From Acidobacteriota bacterium (GTDB taxonomy: Bacteria; Acidobacteriota; UBA6911; RPQK01; JADFOI01), in assembly GCA_963663035.1 (NCBI GenBank), contig OY760074.1, positions 2,144,001-2,208,000 of the forward strand: DNA of 64,000 nt, given 5' to 3'. The position numbers were made by a program, and so were the translations under genes. A model generated the notes under the pieces. The model worked only from the letters and a program-made list of their open reading frames with translations, searched no databases and was not told the origin of the DNA. This document shows positions 28,568 to 38,856 of the stretch, piece after piece; positions within the stretch are counted from its first letter, which is position 1, and every line of letters starts with the position of its first letter.

Positions 28568-30499
28568 ATGAAACGCTGGTCCGTTTTTCTCTTTCTCACC
28601 ATTCTGACCTCTGGACACCTTTTTGCGCAGACGGTCGACCTGGCGGGATCCTACTACCATTTCAGTCTCGCCAAAATGCACGAATTTCGTGAAGACTACG
28701 GTGATGCGATATCGGAGTTCGAGAAAGCCATTCCTCTCGATCCGACCAGTTCAGAACTGAGAGTGGAGTTCGCCGAGACTCTTTGGAGAGCAGGAGAAAT
28801 CAGGAGAGCAGTAGAAGAGTGCCAGAAAGCAGTAGAGCTTGATCCCGAAAGCAGCGCCCCCCATTTTCTCCTGGGCCGCATTTATTCCAAAATTCGGACC
28901 GGCGACCAGACTGTCATGCTGGAGCGAGCGATCGAGGAGTTCGGCCTCACTGTTGAGCTGGAACCTGATCATTTTCAGGCCCTTGAAGATCTGGGCCGAC
29001 TTCACCTGCAGAGACAAAATTACCAGACAGCAGTCGATATCCTGGACCGATTCATTCAACTGCGACCCTGGGTCGTCCGAGCACACTTGTTGAAGGCCAG
29101 AGCACATATTGAACTCAACGAAGTTGAAGAGGCCGTCGAGTTGCTCGAACAGTCCTTGAGCTATGATGAAACCAACCTTGACAACCTTAAATTGCTGGCT
29201 AGCCTTTACGAACAGAGAAATCAATTTGACAAAGCAAGGGAGCTTTATAGCCAGGCCCTCGATAGTACTACGGATCCCGATATTCGATTCCGGCTGGCGC
29301 TATTGCTCACCGACCAAACCCGGTTTGCCGAAGCTGTACCGATTCTCCAGGACCTGGTTCAGGAGTATCCAGAGAATGTCCGGATCAATCTTTCCTTGGG
29401 CCAAGCGCTGAGAGGAAACAAGCGCTATGCTGAAGCGGCTCAGCATATCAGACAGGTCTTGGCAGACAATCCCAACGATTACAGGCTCAACTACGAGCTG
29501 GCTGAACTTTTGTCCTTACTGGGAAAGCGGCAAGAAGCTATCGAGAGGTTTCTTCTCCTCCGCGAGATGAGCGAGTCAACTCGAAGAAAAAACGCCATAG
29601 ACGCCAATCTGGGACTGCTCTATCAACAGACGCACCAATCTGACAAAGCTGTTGAGCTTTTCCGGAACCTTGTCCGGCGAAGTCCTGATGATCAAATCGC
29701 CCAACTGCGATTGGTCTATGCTCTCAAAGAGGCAGGTCAGCTCCCCGAGGCTCTCAGCTTGAGTGAGCAGCTCCTTAAAGATAGTATGGGGCAAACTGAT
29801 ACCCAACAATCCAACAAGACCTACCTTGTGATCGCCCGCGCCCAGATGCTTTCTGCCACCGATCAGCTGGAAGAAGCCATGGTTGTGCTCACTGATCAGA
29901 TCGCTCAGGATTCTGATCCAGAAGACTTCTACCTGGCGGCTAGTCAGCTTTATGTTGACCACAAGAACTTTGCAGAAGCGGAAAGAGTCATCACAGAGGG
30001 AATGTCTCGATACCCGAACAACGAGAGAATGCAGTTCCAGCTGGGAGCCGTGTATGAGAGGCAGAAAGACTTCCAGAACACAGAGGTTGTCTTTCGAGAG
30101 ATTCTAGAGAAGAATCCCCAACACGCAGGGGTCCTCAACTATTTGGGTTACATGCTTGCTGACCGGGGAATCCGCTTGATAGAGGCTTTGGATTACATCA
30201 AGAGAGCTGTGGAACTAGACCCCTACAATGGTGCCTTTCTGGATAGCCTGGGTTGGGTCTACTTCAAGCTCAACCAACTCGATGAAGCAGAGACGAACCT
30301 TTTGCTGGCGCTTCGACTGAACGATTCGGATCCAACTATTTTCGAGCATTTGGGCGATCTTTTCTATCAGATGGAACAGTACGACAGGGCTCGAACTTAC
30401 TACCAACGATCTCTCTCGCTTGGCGACGAAGAAGAACAAGAGAAGGTTCAGAAAAAACTGACTGACTTGGAAAAACGCCTTCTTGAGAACAATCCCTGA
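28568..30499 (+). CDS. Exported TPR-repeat protein
   Basis: Signal peptide, many TPRs, LNYLGYMLAD...FLDSLGWVYFK motif typical of the TPR gene upstream of ispE. Confidence 0.9.
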   Translation: MKRWSVFLFLTILTSGHLFAQTVDLAGSYYHFSLAKMHEFREDYGDAISEFEKAIPLDPTSSELRVEFAETLWRAGEIRRAVEECQKAVELDPESSAPHFLLGRIYSKIRTGDQTVMLERAIEEFGLTVELEPDHFQALEDLGRLHLQRQNYQTAVDILDRFIQLRPWVVRAHLLKARAHIELNEVEEAVELLEQSLSYDETNLDNLKLLASLYEQRNQFDKARELYSQALDSTTDPDIRFRLALLLTDQTRFAEAVPILQDLVQEYPENVRINLSLGQALRGNKRYAEAAQHIRQVLADNPNDYRLNYELAELLSLLGKRQEAIERFLLLREMSESTRRKNAIDANLGLLYQQTHQSDKAVELFRNLVRRSPDDQIAQLRLVYALKEAGQLPEALSLSEQLLKDSMGQTDTQQSNKTYLVIARAQMLSATDQLEEAMVVLTDQIAQDSDPEDFYLAASQLYVDHKNFAEAERVITEGMSRYPNNERMQFQLGAVYERQKDFQNTEVVFREILEKNPQHAGVLNYLGYMLADRGIRLIEALDYIKRAVELDPYNGAFLDSLGWVYFKLNQLDEAETNLLLALRLNDSDPTIFEHLGDLFYQMEQYDRARTYYQRSLSLGDEEEQEKVQKKLTDLEKRLLENNP

Positions 30500-30529
30500 C
30501 CTTCAAACGCCATCCGGAGCGGAATCACG

Positions 30530-31459
30530 TTGACAAGACTGTCGGTTCCCTCCTTTGCCAAGATCAATTGGACTCTCAAAGTTCTCGGCAAACGCAGCGA
30601 CGGCTATCACCAGATCAGGACAATCTATCAGACAGTCGACCTGAGCGAGGAGGTTGTGTTTGAAGCGACCCCTGAGCCGGCCATTCGGCTTGGGCTGAAG
30701 GGAAGAAGGGTGGCCAGGGGAGAAGATAATCTGCTCTACCGGACCGCTGATTTATTGAAGAAGACTGCTGGGTCACGGGCAGGCGTAAAGATCAGCTTAC
30801 AAAAAAAAATCCCGGTCGGGGCCGGGTTAGGAGGAGGTGCCAGCAATGCCGCAGTGGCCCTCCTGGCCCTCAACCAGCTTTGGGACTGTCAGCTGGGAGA
30901 GACAAAACTCGTTGAGCTCGCCACTCAGTTGGGCTCGGATGTTCCCTTTTTTTTGGTCGGTGGCACCGCCGTTGGATCGGGACGAGGAGCAGAGGTAGTT
31001 CCTTTGCCCGACACACTGGACCCACAAAGTCTGATAGCACTCTATCCCTATTTTGAGATTTCAACCAGACAAGCGTATGCACTGGGAAAATGGGGAAAAT
31101 ACAGTGGGACAGAGACGTTGACAGAGGAAATCCTGGCAACTACAATGCAAGACCTTCTCCGGGCCGTGGACCGAAAGGGAAAGGGTTGGTCTTTACTCGA
31201 GAATGATTTTGAAGACCTCCTTTTCGACCTTTATCCTGCACTCGTTGAGGCTCGGGAGGCCCTTAGAACAGCAGGCTGCGAACGAGTGATGCTGTGCGGC
31301 AGTGGGTCGACGCTCTTGGGATTTGGCAGTGAGGACCAGGTGAAGGAAGCGGCTGAAGCCGTTTCCCGGAAAGGAATCGGAGAGATCCTCTTGTGTCGCA
31401 GTCTTCCCCGTGAAAAGTATAGGAAAGCTCTTGTGGAGGCGGGTGTGTTTGTGTCTTAG
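30530..31459 (+). CDS. ispE: 4-diphosphocytidyl-2C-methyl-D-erythritol kinase
   Basis: AKINWTL.V.GKRSDGYH, KKIPVGAGLGGGASNAA, LGSDVPFF. Confidence 0.96.
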   Translation: MTRLSVPSFAKINWTLKVLGKRSDGYHQIRTIYQTVDLSEEVVFEATPEPAIRLGLKGRRVARGEDNLLYRTADLLKKTAGSRAGVKISLQKKIPVGAGLGGGASNAAVALLALNQLWDCQLGETKLVELATQLGSDVPFFLVGGTAVGSGRGAEVVPLPDTLDPQSLIALYPYFEISTRQAYALGKWGKYSGTETLTEEILATTMQDLLRAVDRKGKGWSLLENDFEDLLFDLYPALVEAREALRTAGCERVMLCGSGSTLLGFGSEDQVKEAAEAVSRKGIGEILLCRSLPREKYRKALVEAGVFVS

Positions 31460-31461
31460 CA

Positions 31462-32397
31462 ATGTCCAACCTTAAGATTTTTTCTGGCAGCGCAAACCTC
31501 CCTCTGGCTCAGGAGATCAGTCGTTCTCTGGCTGTTCCTTTGGGACAAGTGAAATTGAAACGCTTCAGTGATGGAGAAGTGAATTTTCAGATCCTGGAAA
31601 ATGTGCGGGGCGTAGATGTCTTCATCATTCAGCCCACTTCTCCACCGGTGAATGAAAACCTCATGGAACTGCTGATCATGATCGATGCCTTCAAGAGGTC
31701 CTCAGCCCAAAGGATTACTGCCGTCCTCCCCTACTATGGATATGCTCGCCAGGACAAAAAGGACAAGCCGCGGGTACCGCTGTCTGCCAAATTAGTGGGA
31801 GATCTTCTCTCTGCGGTTGGTGCCCACCGCCTGCTGACCATGGATCTGCATGCCGGACAAATTCAAGGTTTCTTCGACATCCCCGTGGACCACCTGTTTC
31901 CCATGCCTATTTTTTTTGAATACATTTCCAAGATGCCGGTGGACGATCTCATGGTCATTTCCCCCGACGCTGGAGGAGTAGAGAAGGCCAGGGCTTATGC
32001 AAAACGACTAGGTGCGAATCTGGCGATTATCGACAAACGACGAGTGGGCGACAACGAAGCAGAAGTCCTGCACATCGTTGGAGAGGTGAAGGGTAGAAAT
32101 GTGATCATTATAGATGACATGCTCGACACCGCTGGAACCTTGGTTAAGGCTACAGAGGCGCTTCTCCGCGAAGGTGCTATCAAAGTGTTCGCAGCCGCGA
32201 CTCATCCAGTGTTGTCGGGTCCGGCTGTCCAACGAATCTCAGAGTCGAAAATCGAAAGTGTTCTGGTGACAAACACCATCGACCTGAGCGATGAGAAAAA
32301 AGGACCGAAAATTAAGATCTTGAGCGTGGCCGACCTTTTAGGTGACGCCATTAAGTCAATTCATGAGGAGACCTCTGTGAGCAAGCTTTTCATCTAA
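31462..32397 (+). CDS. prs: Ribose-phosphate pyrophosphokinase
   Basis: FSDGE, PYYGYARQD, DLHAGQIQGFF, DDMLDTAGT. Confidence 0.98.
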   Translation: MSNLKIFSGSANLPLAQEISRSLAVPLGQVKLKRFSDGEVNFQILENVRGVDVFIIQPTSPPVNENLMELLIMIDAFKRSSAQRITAVLPYYGYARQDKKDKPRVPLSAKLVGDLLSAVGAHRLLTMDLHAGQIQGFFDIPVDHLFPMPIFFEYISKMPVDDLMVISPDAGGVEKARAYAKRLGANLAIIDKRRVGDNEAEVLHIVGEVKGRNVIIIDDMLDTAGTLVKATEALLREGAIKVFAAATHPVLSGPAVQRISESKIESVLVTNTIDLSDEKKGPKIKILSVADLLGDAIKSIHEETSVSKLFI

Positions 32398-32530
32398 CCC
32401 AAAGTCGGTGCTCACTCCCATCTCCTTTAAAAACCCAACCTGGAAAAGTTGGTTCACCTGTCCGAGTTGTGAAAGCTCAGGGCAAAGCGTTACAATACGG
32501 CTTTTTAATTTCCTTCGGAGGCACTAGGTT

Positions 32531-33220
32531 ATGGCGCAGTTAACTGTTCAAGCAGAGGAGCGGCAGGAAACTGGAAAAGGTGCAAACCGCCGCCTGCGGA
32601 TGCAAGGCAAACTCCCGGCAGTGATTTATGGCCAGGGACTGGAAACTCTGTCGGTTAGCGTTAACGCCCAAGACGTGGAACTTATCCTTCACTCAGAAGC
32701 AGGACATAACACCATCTTTCAGCTCCAGGTCAGTGGCAAGCTCACAGATGTCCTGATCAAGGACTACCAGTTGGACCCAGTGAAAGGGAGTCTTTTGCAT
32801 GCTGATTTCCAGGCCGTGGCTCTGGACCAGAAAATGACCTTCGCAGTTCCGGTCCAGATCGTCGGTACGGCCGAGGGGGTGATAGCTGGAGGCGTGTTGG
32901 ATCAAGTCCTCCGGGAGATCGAAGTAGAGTGTCTTCCCACAGAGGTGCCCGATCACATTCCTTTGGATGTGACAGAGCTGGAGATCGGGGATTCTGTTCG
33001 GGTGGAAGCGCTGCAACTTGACAGTCCCAAGCTCACCCTGCTCTCTGCTCCGGATCTGGTCATTCTCTCAGTTGTACCGCCTCATGTTGAGGAGGTAGTT
33101 GAAGAGATTGTCGAGGAAGAAGAGCTGGAAGAGCCTGAACTGATCAAGAAGGGCAAGGCCGAAGAGGAGGAGAAAGAAGAAAAAGAGGGAACAGAGCAGG
33201 CAGAGAAGAAAGAGGAGTAA
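32531..33220 (+). CDS. rplY: 50S ribosomal protein bL25/Ctc
   Basis: GKGANRRLR..GKLPAVIYG, HADF, acidic tail. Confidence 0.96.
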   Translation: MAQLTVQAEERQETGKGANRRLRMQGKLPAVIYGQGLETLSVSVNAQDVELILHSEAGHNTIFQLQVSGKLTDVLIKDYQLDPVKGSLLHADFQAVALDQKMTFAVPVQIVGTAEGVIAGGVLDQVLREIEVECLPTEVPDHIPLDVTELEIGDSVRVEALQLDSPKLTLLSAPDLVILSVVPPHVEEVVEEIVEEEELEEPELIKKGKAEEEEKEEKEGTEQAEKKEE

Positions 33221-33227
33221 CTCTCGC

Positions 33228-33785
33228 GTGTATCTGATCACCGGCTTGGGAAATCCGGGTCGCTCCTATTCGAAGAACAGGCACAACATAGGATTCATGC
33301 TGGTGGATTGGATGGCTGCAGAAGCAGACAAGAAGTTTGAGCAACTCGGCCGATATTCGCTGACCTGTTCTGTCGAGCGGGCCGGGGAAAATGTGATCTT
33401 GGCCAAGCCTCAAACTTATATGAATCTCAGTGGCGCGGCTGTGCATGAACTTCTGGAGTACTACCCCGTGGAGCTTCCAAGATTGCTCATCGTCTATGAC
33501 GACCTGGCACTGCCCCTGGGAACTATCCGGATTCGCCGATCAGGCAGCTCCAGCGGTCAAAAAGGTATGAAGTCGATCATCGAGACTTTGGGAACACCAG
33601 ACGTGCCTCGCCTGCGCATTGGTATCTTGCGCGATGAGCCTCCATCTGATTTTTCTCAGTTTGTTTTGGAAAACTTTTCTAAGAAAGAACGGACAGTTCT
33701 CGAAGAAACCTTGGATTGTGCCATGGGGGCAATCGACACCATCTTGTCCGATGGAATAGAGCAAGCCATGTCTCTATACAATTAG
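33228..33785 (+). CDS. pth: Peptidyl-tRNA hydrolase
   Basis: GLGNPG..Y..NRHNIGF, KPQTYMNLSG, RLRIGI. Confidence 0.96.
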   Translation: MYLITGLGNPGRSYSKNRHNIGFMLVDWMAAEADKKFEQLGRYSLTCSVERAGENVILAKPQTYMNLSGAAVHELLEYYPVELPRLLIVYDDLALPLGTIRIRRSGSSSGQKGMKSIIETLGTPDVPRLRIGILRDEPPSDFSQFVLENFSKKERTVLEETLDCAMGAIDTILSDGIEQAMSLYN

Positions 33786-33821
33786 CAGAAATAAACAAGA
33801 GAGGCTGAAACTGAACACGGC

Positions 33822-35819
33822 ATGACGACTTACATCAACTTTTTTCCCGCAGTGGGGCTCCTGGGACTGATCTCGGCTGCTTTTCTCTACTTCCAAATTA
33901 AGAAGATTGCGGTCACGGATCCCCAAATGCAGGAGATCTCCGACGCCATCCATCAGGGTGCAATGCTTTTCCTGCGCCGTGAATATTCCATCTTGCTTGG
34001 GTTTATCCTGGTGGTTTTCCTGCTTCTGCACTGGGGAATTTCTCCTTGGACAAGCTACACCTTTCTGGGCGGCGCCTTGAGTTCAATGCTGGCCGGGTTC
34101 TTTGGAATGAAGGCGGCTACTCGCTCCAATGTTCGCACAACTCAGGCTGCCCAGGAATCGGGGATCGAGCTGGCCCTACACGTGGCCTTTACGGGAGGCT
34201 CCGTAATGGGACTTTCCGTTGCCAGCCTGGGTCTCATTGGAGTCAGCAGTGCCTATCTCCTGTACTATCACGGCATCCTCGAGGTAAGCACCATCAGCGG
34301 TTTCGCGATGGGGGCCAGCTCGATTGCTCTGTTTGCGCGGGTGGGTGGCGGCATCTTTACCAAAACTGCCGACATGGGGGCTGACCTGGTGGGGAAAGTC
34401 GAGGTAGGTATTCCAGAGGATGATCCCAGAAATCCAGCCGTTATCGCTGACATGGTGGGGGACAACGTCGGAGATACGGCCGGAATGGGAGCCGATATCC
34501 TGGAAAGCTATGTCGGCTCGGTGGTTGCAACCATCGCAATCGCCGCTACGGGCACATCGAGAGTTCTGGACATCACGCCGGAGACTCGACATCTATACAT
34601 GGTTCTACCGCTCTCCGTCATTTCGATAGGGTTGATCTCTTCCTTGATCGGTGTGGCCTCCATCAGAGTTCTGAGAAGAATGGGCCCGGCCTCGGCGCTC
34701 CGCTATTCGACCTATGTCAGTGCGATCCTACTACTGGTTGGGAGCTTCCTTACCATCAATGCTATGGAGCTTGAGATCGGCATCTTTTATGCCATTTTAA
34801 TGGGCACCATTGCCGGTATAGTTATCGGTCTATTGACCGAATGGTACACCTCTGGAAGTCCCATCAGACGCATTGCCGAAGCATCCAGGATGGGAGTAGC
34901 AACCAACATCCTTGCCGGATTGGCGGTTGGAATGCAGTCTACGGCCTTACCAGTTCTCACCTTGTGCAGCACCATTCTCATTTCTTACAACTACGCAGGT
35001 CTTTACGGTATAGGCATTGCCGCTGTCGGGATGCTGGCAACAGTGGGCATCACCATGTCAGTGGATGCCTATGGCCCAATTGCCGACAACGCGGGTGGAA
35101 TCTCCGAGGTGAGGGGCCTGGGAGCTGAGACTCGCAGTATCACAGACAGCCTGGACGCTTTGGGAAATACCACAGCCGCTATGGGTAAAGGCTTTGCCAT
35201 CGGATCTGCTGCCCTGACCGCTCTGGCACTCTTTGCTGCCTATACCAGCGCAGTGGGATTATCTGTCCTGAACTTACTGGACCCCACGGTGGTGGTAGGC
35301 TTGTTCATCGGAGGCGTCCTGCCTTTCTTTATCGCTGACCTGACAACTTCGTCAGTCGGAAGAGCAGCCTTCAAAATGGTGGAAGAAGTGCGTCGGCAGT
35401 TCCGTGAGGTGCCGGGATTGCTAGAGGGTACGGCTCAACCCGACACCGCCCGCTGCGTGGACATCTCTACTCGCGCCGCTCTACGAGAAATGGTGCTGCC
35501 GGGTCTGGTCGCTTTGGCCTCCCCTGTGATCATTGGAACTCAGCTTGGCGCAGCAGCTCTGGGCGGAATGCTGGCTGGAGCGACTCTTACCGGTGTCTTG
35601 CTGGCACTGTTTATGGCCAACGCTGGTGGGGCTTGGGATAATGCCAAGAAATATATTGAAGAGGGTTTTATCGGCGGAAAAGGCTCCGATGCACATAAGG
35701 CCTCGATTGTGGGTGACACCGTCGGTGATCCGTTTAAGGACACCAGCGGACCGGCCATGAACATTTTGATCAAGTTGATGTCCATCGTCTCTCTAGTGAT
35801 TGCCCCCTTGCTCAGATGA
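33822..35819 (+). CDS. hppA: Membrane-bound pyrophosphatase, K+-dependent, probably Na+-translocating
   Basis: [33 protein letters not shown] (Ala form), [14 protein letters not shown]. Confidence 0.95.
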   Translation: MTTYINFFPAVGLLGLISAAFLYFQIKKIAVTDPQMQEISDAIHQGAMLFLRREYSILLGFILVVFLLLHWGISPWTSYTFLGGALSSMLAGFFGMKAATRSNVRTTQAAQESGIELALHVAFTGGSVMGLSVASLGLIGVSSAYLLYYHGILEVSTISGFAMGASSIALFARVGGGIFTKTADMGADLVGKVEVGIPEDDPRNPAVIADMVGDNVGDTAGMGADILESYVGSVVATIAIAATGTSRVLDITPETRHLYMVLPLSVISIGLISSLIGVASIRVLRRMGPASALRYSTYVSAILLLVGSFLTINAMELEIGIFYAILMGTIAGIVIGLLTEWYTSGSPIRRIAEASRMGVATNILAGLAVGMQSTALPVLTLCSTILISYNYAGLYGIGIAAVGMLATVGITMSVDAYGPIADNAGGISEVRGLGAETRSITDSLDALGNTTAAMGKGFAIGSAALTALALFAAYTSAVGLSVLNLLDPTVVVGLFIGGVLPFFIADLTTSSVGRAAFKMVEEVRRQFREVPGLLEGTAQPDTARCVDISTRAALREMVLPGLVALASPVIIGTQLGAAALGGMLAGATLTGVLLALFMANAGGAWDNAKKYIEEGFIGGKGSDAHKASIVGDTVGDPFKDTSGPAMNILIKLMSIVSLVIAPLLR

Positions 35820-35932
35820 TGATCGCATGAGAGAACTCGATGGAAAGAGACAGGGTGTGCTAGAATGCATTTTTTTCGAACCAGCAGGCTCGGTATTTCC
35901 GCCGTTAGCTGGTAAAGTAGGAATCCAGAAGA

Positions 35933-36322
35933 ATGAGAAAATATGAAGTCGTGATTATTTTTGCTCCCACGCTGACCGACGATGAGGTGGAGCAATCTAC
36001 GGAAGACTTTAAAAAGGCCGCAGAAGAAAAGGGAGCCCAAATTTCCGCCTTGGATCAGTGGGGAAAGAGAAAGCTGGCATACCCGATTAATAAACACGCT
36101 GAAGGGATTTACGTCATTTTGACAATAGAAGAACCTGCAGCTGTCGCGGTGGGTGAGCTGGAGAGAAGATTTAGGGTGAGTGAATCGGTTATCCGCTTCC
36201 TAACGGTGCGCATCGATCTTGATCTGAAACGAGCTGAGAAGTTCAAGGTACGCCGAAGCAAAAAGAAGCGACAGACCGCGCCATCCGATGGGACTGCCGG
36301 TAAGGAAACAGCGACGGTATAG
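35933..36322 (+). CDS. rpsF: 30S ribosomal protein bS6
   Basis: MRKYEVV.I, WGKRKLAYPI. Confidence 0.96.
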   Translation: MRKYEVVIIFAPTLTDDEVEQSTEDFKKAAEEKGAQISALDQWGKRKLAYPINKHAEGIYVILTIEEPAAVAVGELERRFRVSESVIRFLTVRIDLDLKRAEKFKVRRSKKKRQTAPSDGTAGKETATV

Positions 36323-36325
36323 GCT

Positions 36326-36538
36326 ATGATGAGGCGAAGGCGGTACTGTAAGTTCTGTACAGACAAGGTCGATTACATCGACTACAAAGATACCAGGCTA
36401 CTGAGTCCATTTGTACCCGACGGTTCGAAGATGCTCCCCAGCCGAATTTCCGGAGTTTGCAGTATCCATCAGAGAAAGTTGTCAAAGGCTATTAAGCGAG
36501 CACGACAGCTGGCCTTGCTTCCCTATACTCCTGGGTAA
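36326..36538 (+). CDS. rpsR: 30S ribosomal protein bS18 (zinc-binding type)
   Basis: [26 protein letters not shown]. Confidence 0.96.
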   Translation: MMRRRRYCKFCTDKVDYIDYKDTRLLSPFVPDGSKMLPSRISGVCSIHQRKLSKAIKRARQLALLPYTPG

Positions 36539-36648
36539 GTGCCTTGTTCAGTCATTCACCCGATCCAGGCTGTGTACTCTTTCGCTCGGGCTAGAGAGTC
36601 CCATGGGCAAAGGACTCACCCCTGGGAAGAAATGAGAGGAAAAGTGTT

Positions 36649-37338
36649 ATGGAAATCATTCTGATCGACGACGTCTTTGAGCTGGGCAAACGTGGCGACG
36701 TTGTGAGAGTGGCCAATGGCTATGGTCGAAACTATTTGATTCCGAAGAACTTGGCCGTTCCTGCTACACCCGGTAACAGAAAGATGGTTGATCAGCAACG
36801 GTTGGCCATGGCAAAAAAAGAGGCCAAGTATCAGGAGGAAGCCGAGCTGTTAGCACAAGAACTTAACCAATTACACCTGATCATCAGCCGCAAGTCAGGC
36901 GATACTGGGACTCTCTTTGGATCTGTGACCTCAAAGGACATCACCGATCTTCTCCAACACACTGGCATACGTTTGGATCGTCGAAAGCTTCTTTTGAGTC
37001 AACCCATCAAAAGCATCGGCAACTACAGGATCGAAGTCCGTCTTCACAGCGAGGTTACGGCCGAACTTCTTCTTTCTATTCCGATCGAAGGTGAGAAACC
37101 GATCAGCGAGGTCAAGAAGAAGAACGAGGAAAGCGATAAGGTCGTTGCGGAATTGGAAGCGCGACTCAAAGAAATGGGGCAACTGACGCAAGGACAGAGT
37201 AGCGCTTCGCCGCAACCGGAAGACACGCCTAGCGAAGAACGAGAAGGCCAGGCAGAAAAAGAAGAAGAAGAGAAGCAAGCAACCAAAGGGGAAGAAGAAG
37301 AGGCAGAAGAAGAAGAACCCACCAATGAGGAGTCTTAG
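36649..37338 (+). CDS. rplI: 50S ribosomal protein bL9 with acidic extension
   Basis: LGKRGDVVRVANGYGRNYLIP, LFGSVT. Confidence 0.96.
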   Translation: MEIILIDDVFELGKRGDVVRVANGYGRNYLIPKNLAVPATPGNRKMVDQQRLAMAKKEAKYQEEAELLAQELNQLHLIISRKSGDTGTLFGSVTSKDITDLLQHTGIRLDRRKLLLSQPIKSIGNYRIEVRLHSEVTAELLLSIPIEGEKPISEVKKKNEESDKVVAELEARLKEMGQLTQGQSSASPQPEDTPSEEREGQAEKEEEEKQATKGEEEEAEEEEPTNEES

Positions 37339-37491
37339 TACGCAGGCGGCTCCAGTAGTAGGAGATTTCCACAGCCCACCTTCATTGCCCCTTTTTTGAC
37401 TAGGAAAGGACTTCAGGGACTGTTCCCGAATTCCTTTTTACTGTATTCTTCTCTATGAGATCGTTGCTCTTTCTTGCTTTCCGAAGTGTCT

Positions 37492-38856
37492 ATGCCAACC
37501 GACCTAACCATTGAAAAGAGTCTTCCTCACAGCCCCGAGGCGGAACGTGCCGTGCTGGGGGCAATTCTGCTCGAGAATAGCCTCTTTGACCAGACCTCGG
37601 AGATGTTGACGAGAGAGGATTTCTACCTGGAAAATCATCGGAACATTTTCTCTACTATGGAGCGTCTTTCTTCTGATACTCGAACCATCGACTTAGTGAC
37701 ACTGCGAGAGGAGCTGCAGAAACAGAACGAATTGGAAGCAGTCGGTGGAGTTGCTTATGTCGCCGCACTGCTGGACGGTGTTCCCAGAGTCTCCAGCGTG
37801 ATGCACTATGCCCGCATCGTCAAAGAAAAGTCCCTCCTGAGGAAGCTCATCCACTCGGCGAATGAAATCCTCGTTCGAGGATTTTCAAACGAGGAGGACC
37901 CTTTCGAGCTGCTTGAACGAGCAGAGAAATCGATTTTCAATATCAGCCAGGAGAAAATTCAAGGCGGTTTTGTACAACTTGAGGATCTACTCACTGAGAG
38001 CTACGCGAACATCGAGTCACTGTACGAGCGAAAAGAGCTCATCTCGGGTGTCCCAACTGGCTTTCAGCAGTTGGACCGTCTCACCTCGGGGCTGAGGCCT
38101 GCCGAAGTCATCATCGTGGCGGCCCGTCCAGGCTTGGGAAAGACGAGTTTAGTTGTGAATATTGCCCAGACTGCCGCGAGTGAACACCAGAAGGTGGTGG
38201 GTATATTCAGCCTGGAAATGGCGTCTCAGCAGCTCGTAACCCGGATGTTGTGTTCCGAAGCTCGAGTCGACAGTCACAAGATGAGAAGTGGCTACCTTTC
38301 CAAAGATGATTGGAAGCGCCTCGCCAAGACCATGAGTAAACTGGCTCGAGCGAAGATCTTCATCGATGATACTGCGGGAATATCGGTTGTCGAAATGCGC
38401 TCCAAGGCCCGCCGTTTGAAAGCTGAACACGGATTGGACCTGTTGATTGTCGATTATCTTCAGCTTATGTCTGGCACCTCACCCAACAGCCGGGGGCGTT
38501 TTGAGAACCGCCAGCAAGAGATCTCCAATATCAGCCGATCACTCAAGGGCCTGGCCAAGGAACTCAATATTCCCCTTATCGCGGTATCTCAGTTAAGCCG
38601 TGCCCCCGAACAAAGAAAGGGCGATCATCGCCCCCAGCTTTCAGACTTGCGCGAATCAGGATCGATCGAACAAGACGCGGACCTGGTGCTCTTCCTCTAC
38701 CGCGAAGATTTATATAAGAAAGAGGAGAATCCGGATGAAGAAGGAATTGTCCAGGTTATCATCGGAAAACAACGTAACGGACCTACTGGAGTGGTTAAGC
38801 TGGCCTTCATTGAGCAGTGGACCAAGTTTGAAAATCTGGCTCACGAATTAGAATGA
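37492..38856 (+). CDS. dnaB: Replicative DNA helicase
   Basis: PHSPEAERAVLG, AARPGLGKT, VDYLQL, SDLRESGSIEQDAD; no intein. Confidence 0.98.
   Translation: MPTDLTIEKSLPHSPEAERAVLGAILLENSLFDQTSEMLTREDFYLENHRNIFSTMERLSSDTRTIDLVTLREELQKQNELEAVGGVAYVAALLDGVPRVSSVMHYARIVKEKSLLRKLIHSANEILVRGFSNEEDPFELLERAEKSIFNISQEKIQGGFVQLEDLLTESYANIESLYERKELISGVPTGFQQLDRLTSGLRPAEVIIVAARPGLGKTSLVVNIAQTAASEHQKVVGIFSLEMASQQLVTRMLCSEARVDSHKMRSGYLSKDDWKRLAKTMSKLARAKIFIDDTAGISVVEMRSKARRLKAEHGLDLLIVDYLQLMSGTSPNSRGRFENRQQEISNISRSLKGLAKELNIPLIAVSQLSRAPEQRKGDHRPQLSDLRESGSIEQDADLVLFLYREDLYKKEENPDEEGIVQVIIGKQRNGPTGVVKLAFIEQWTKFENLAHELE

Noticed and set aside
37492-38856. Intein in DnaB
   Set aside because: The protein has normal length and contiguous helicase motifs.
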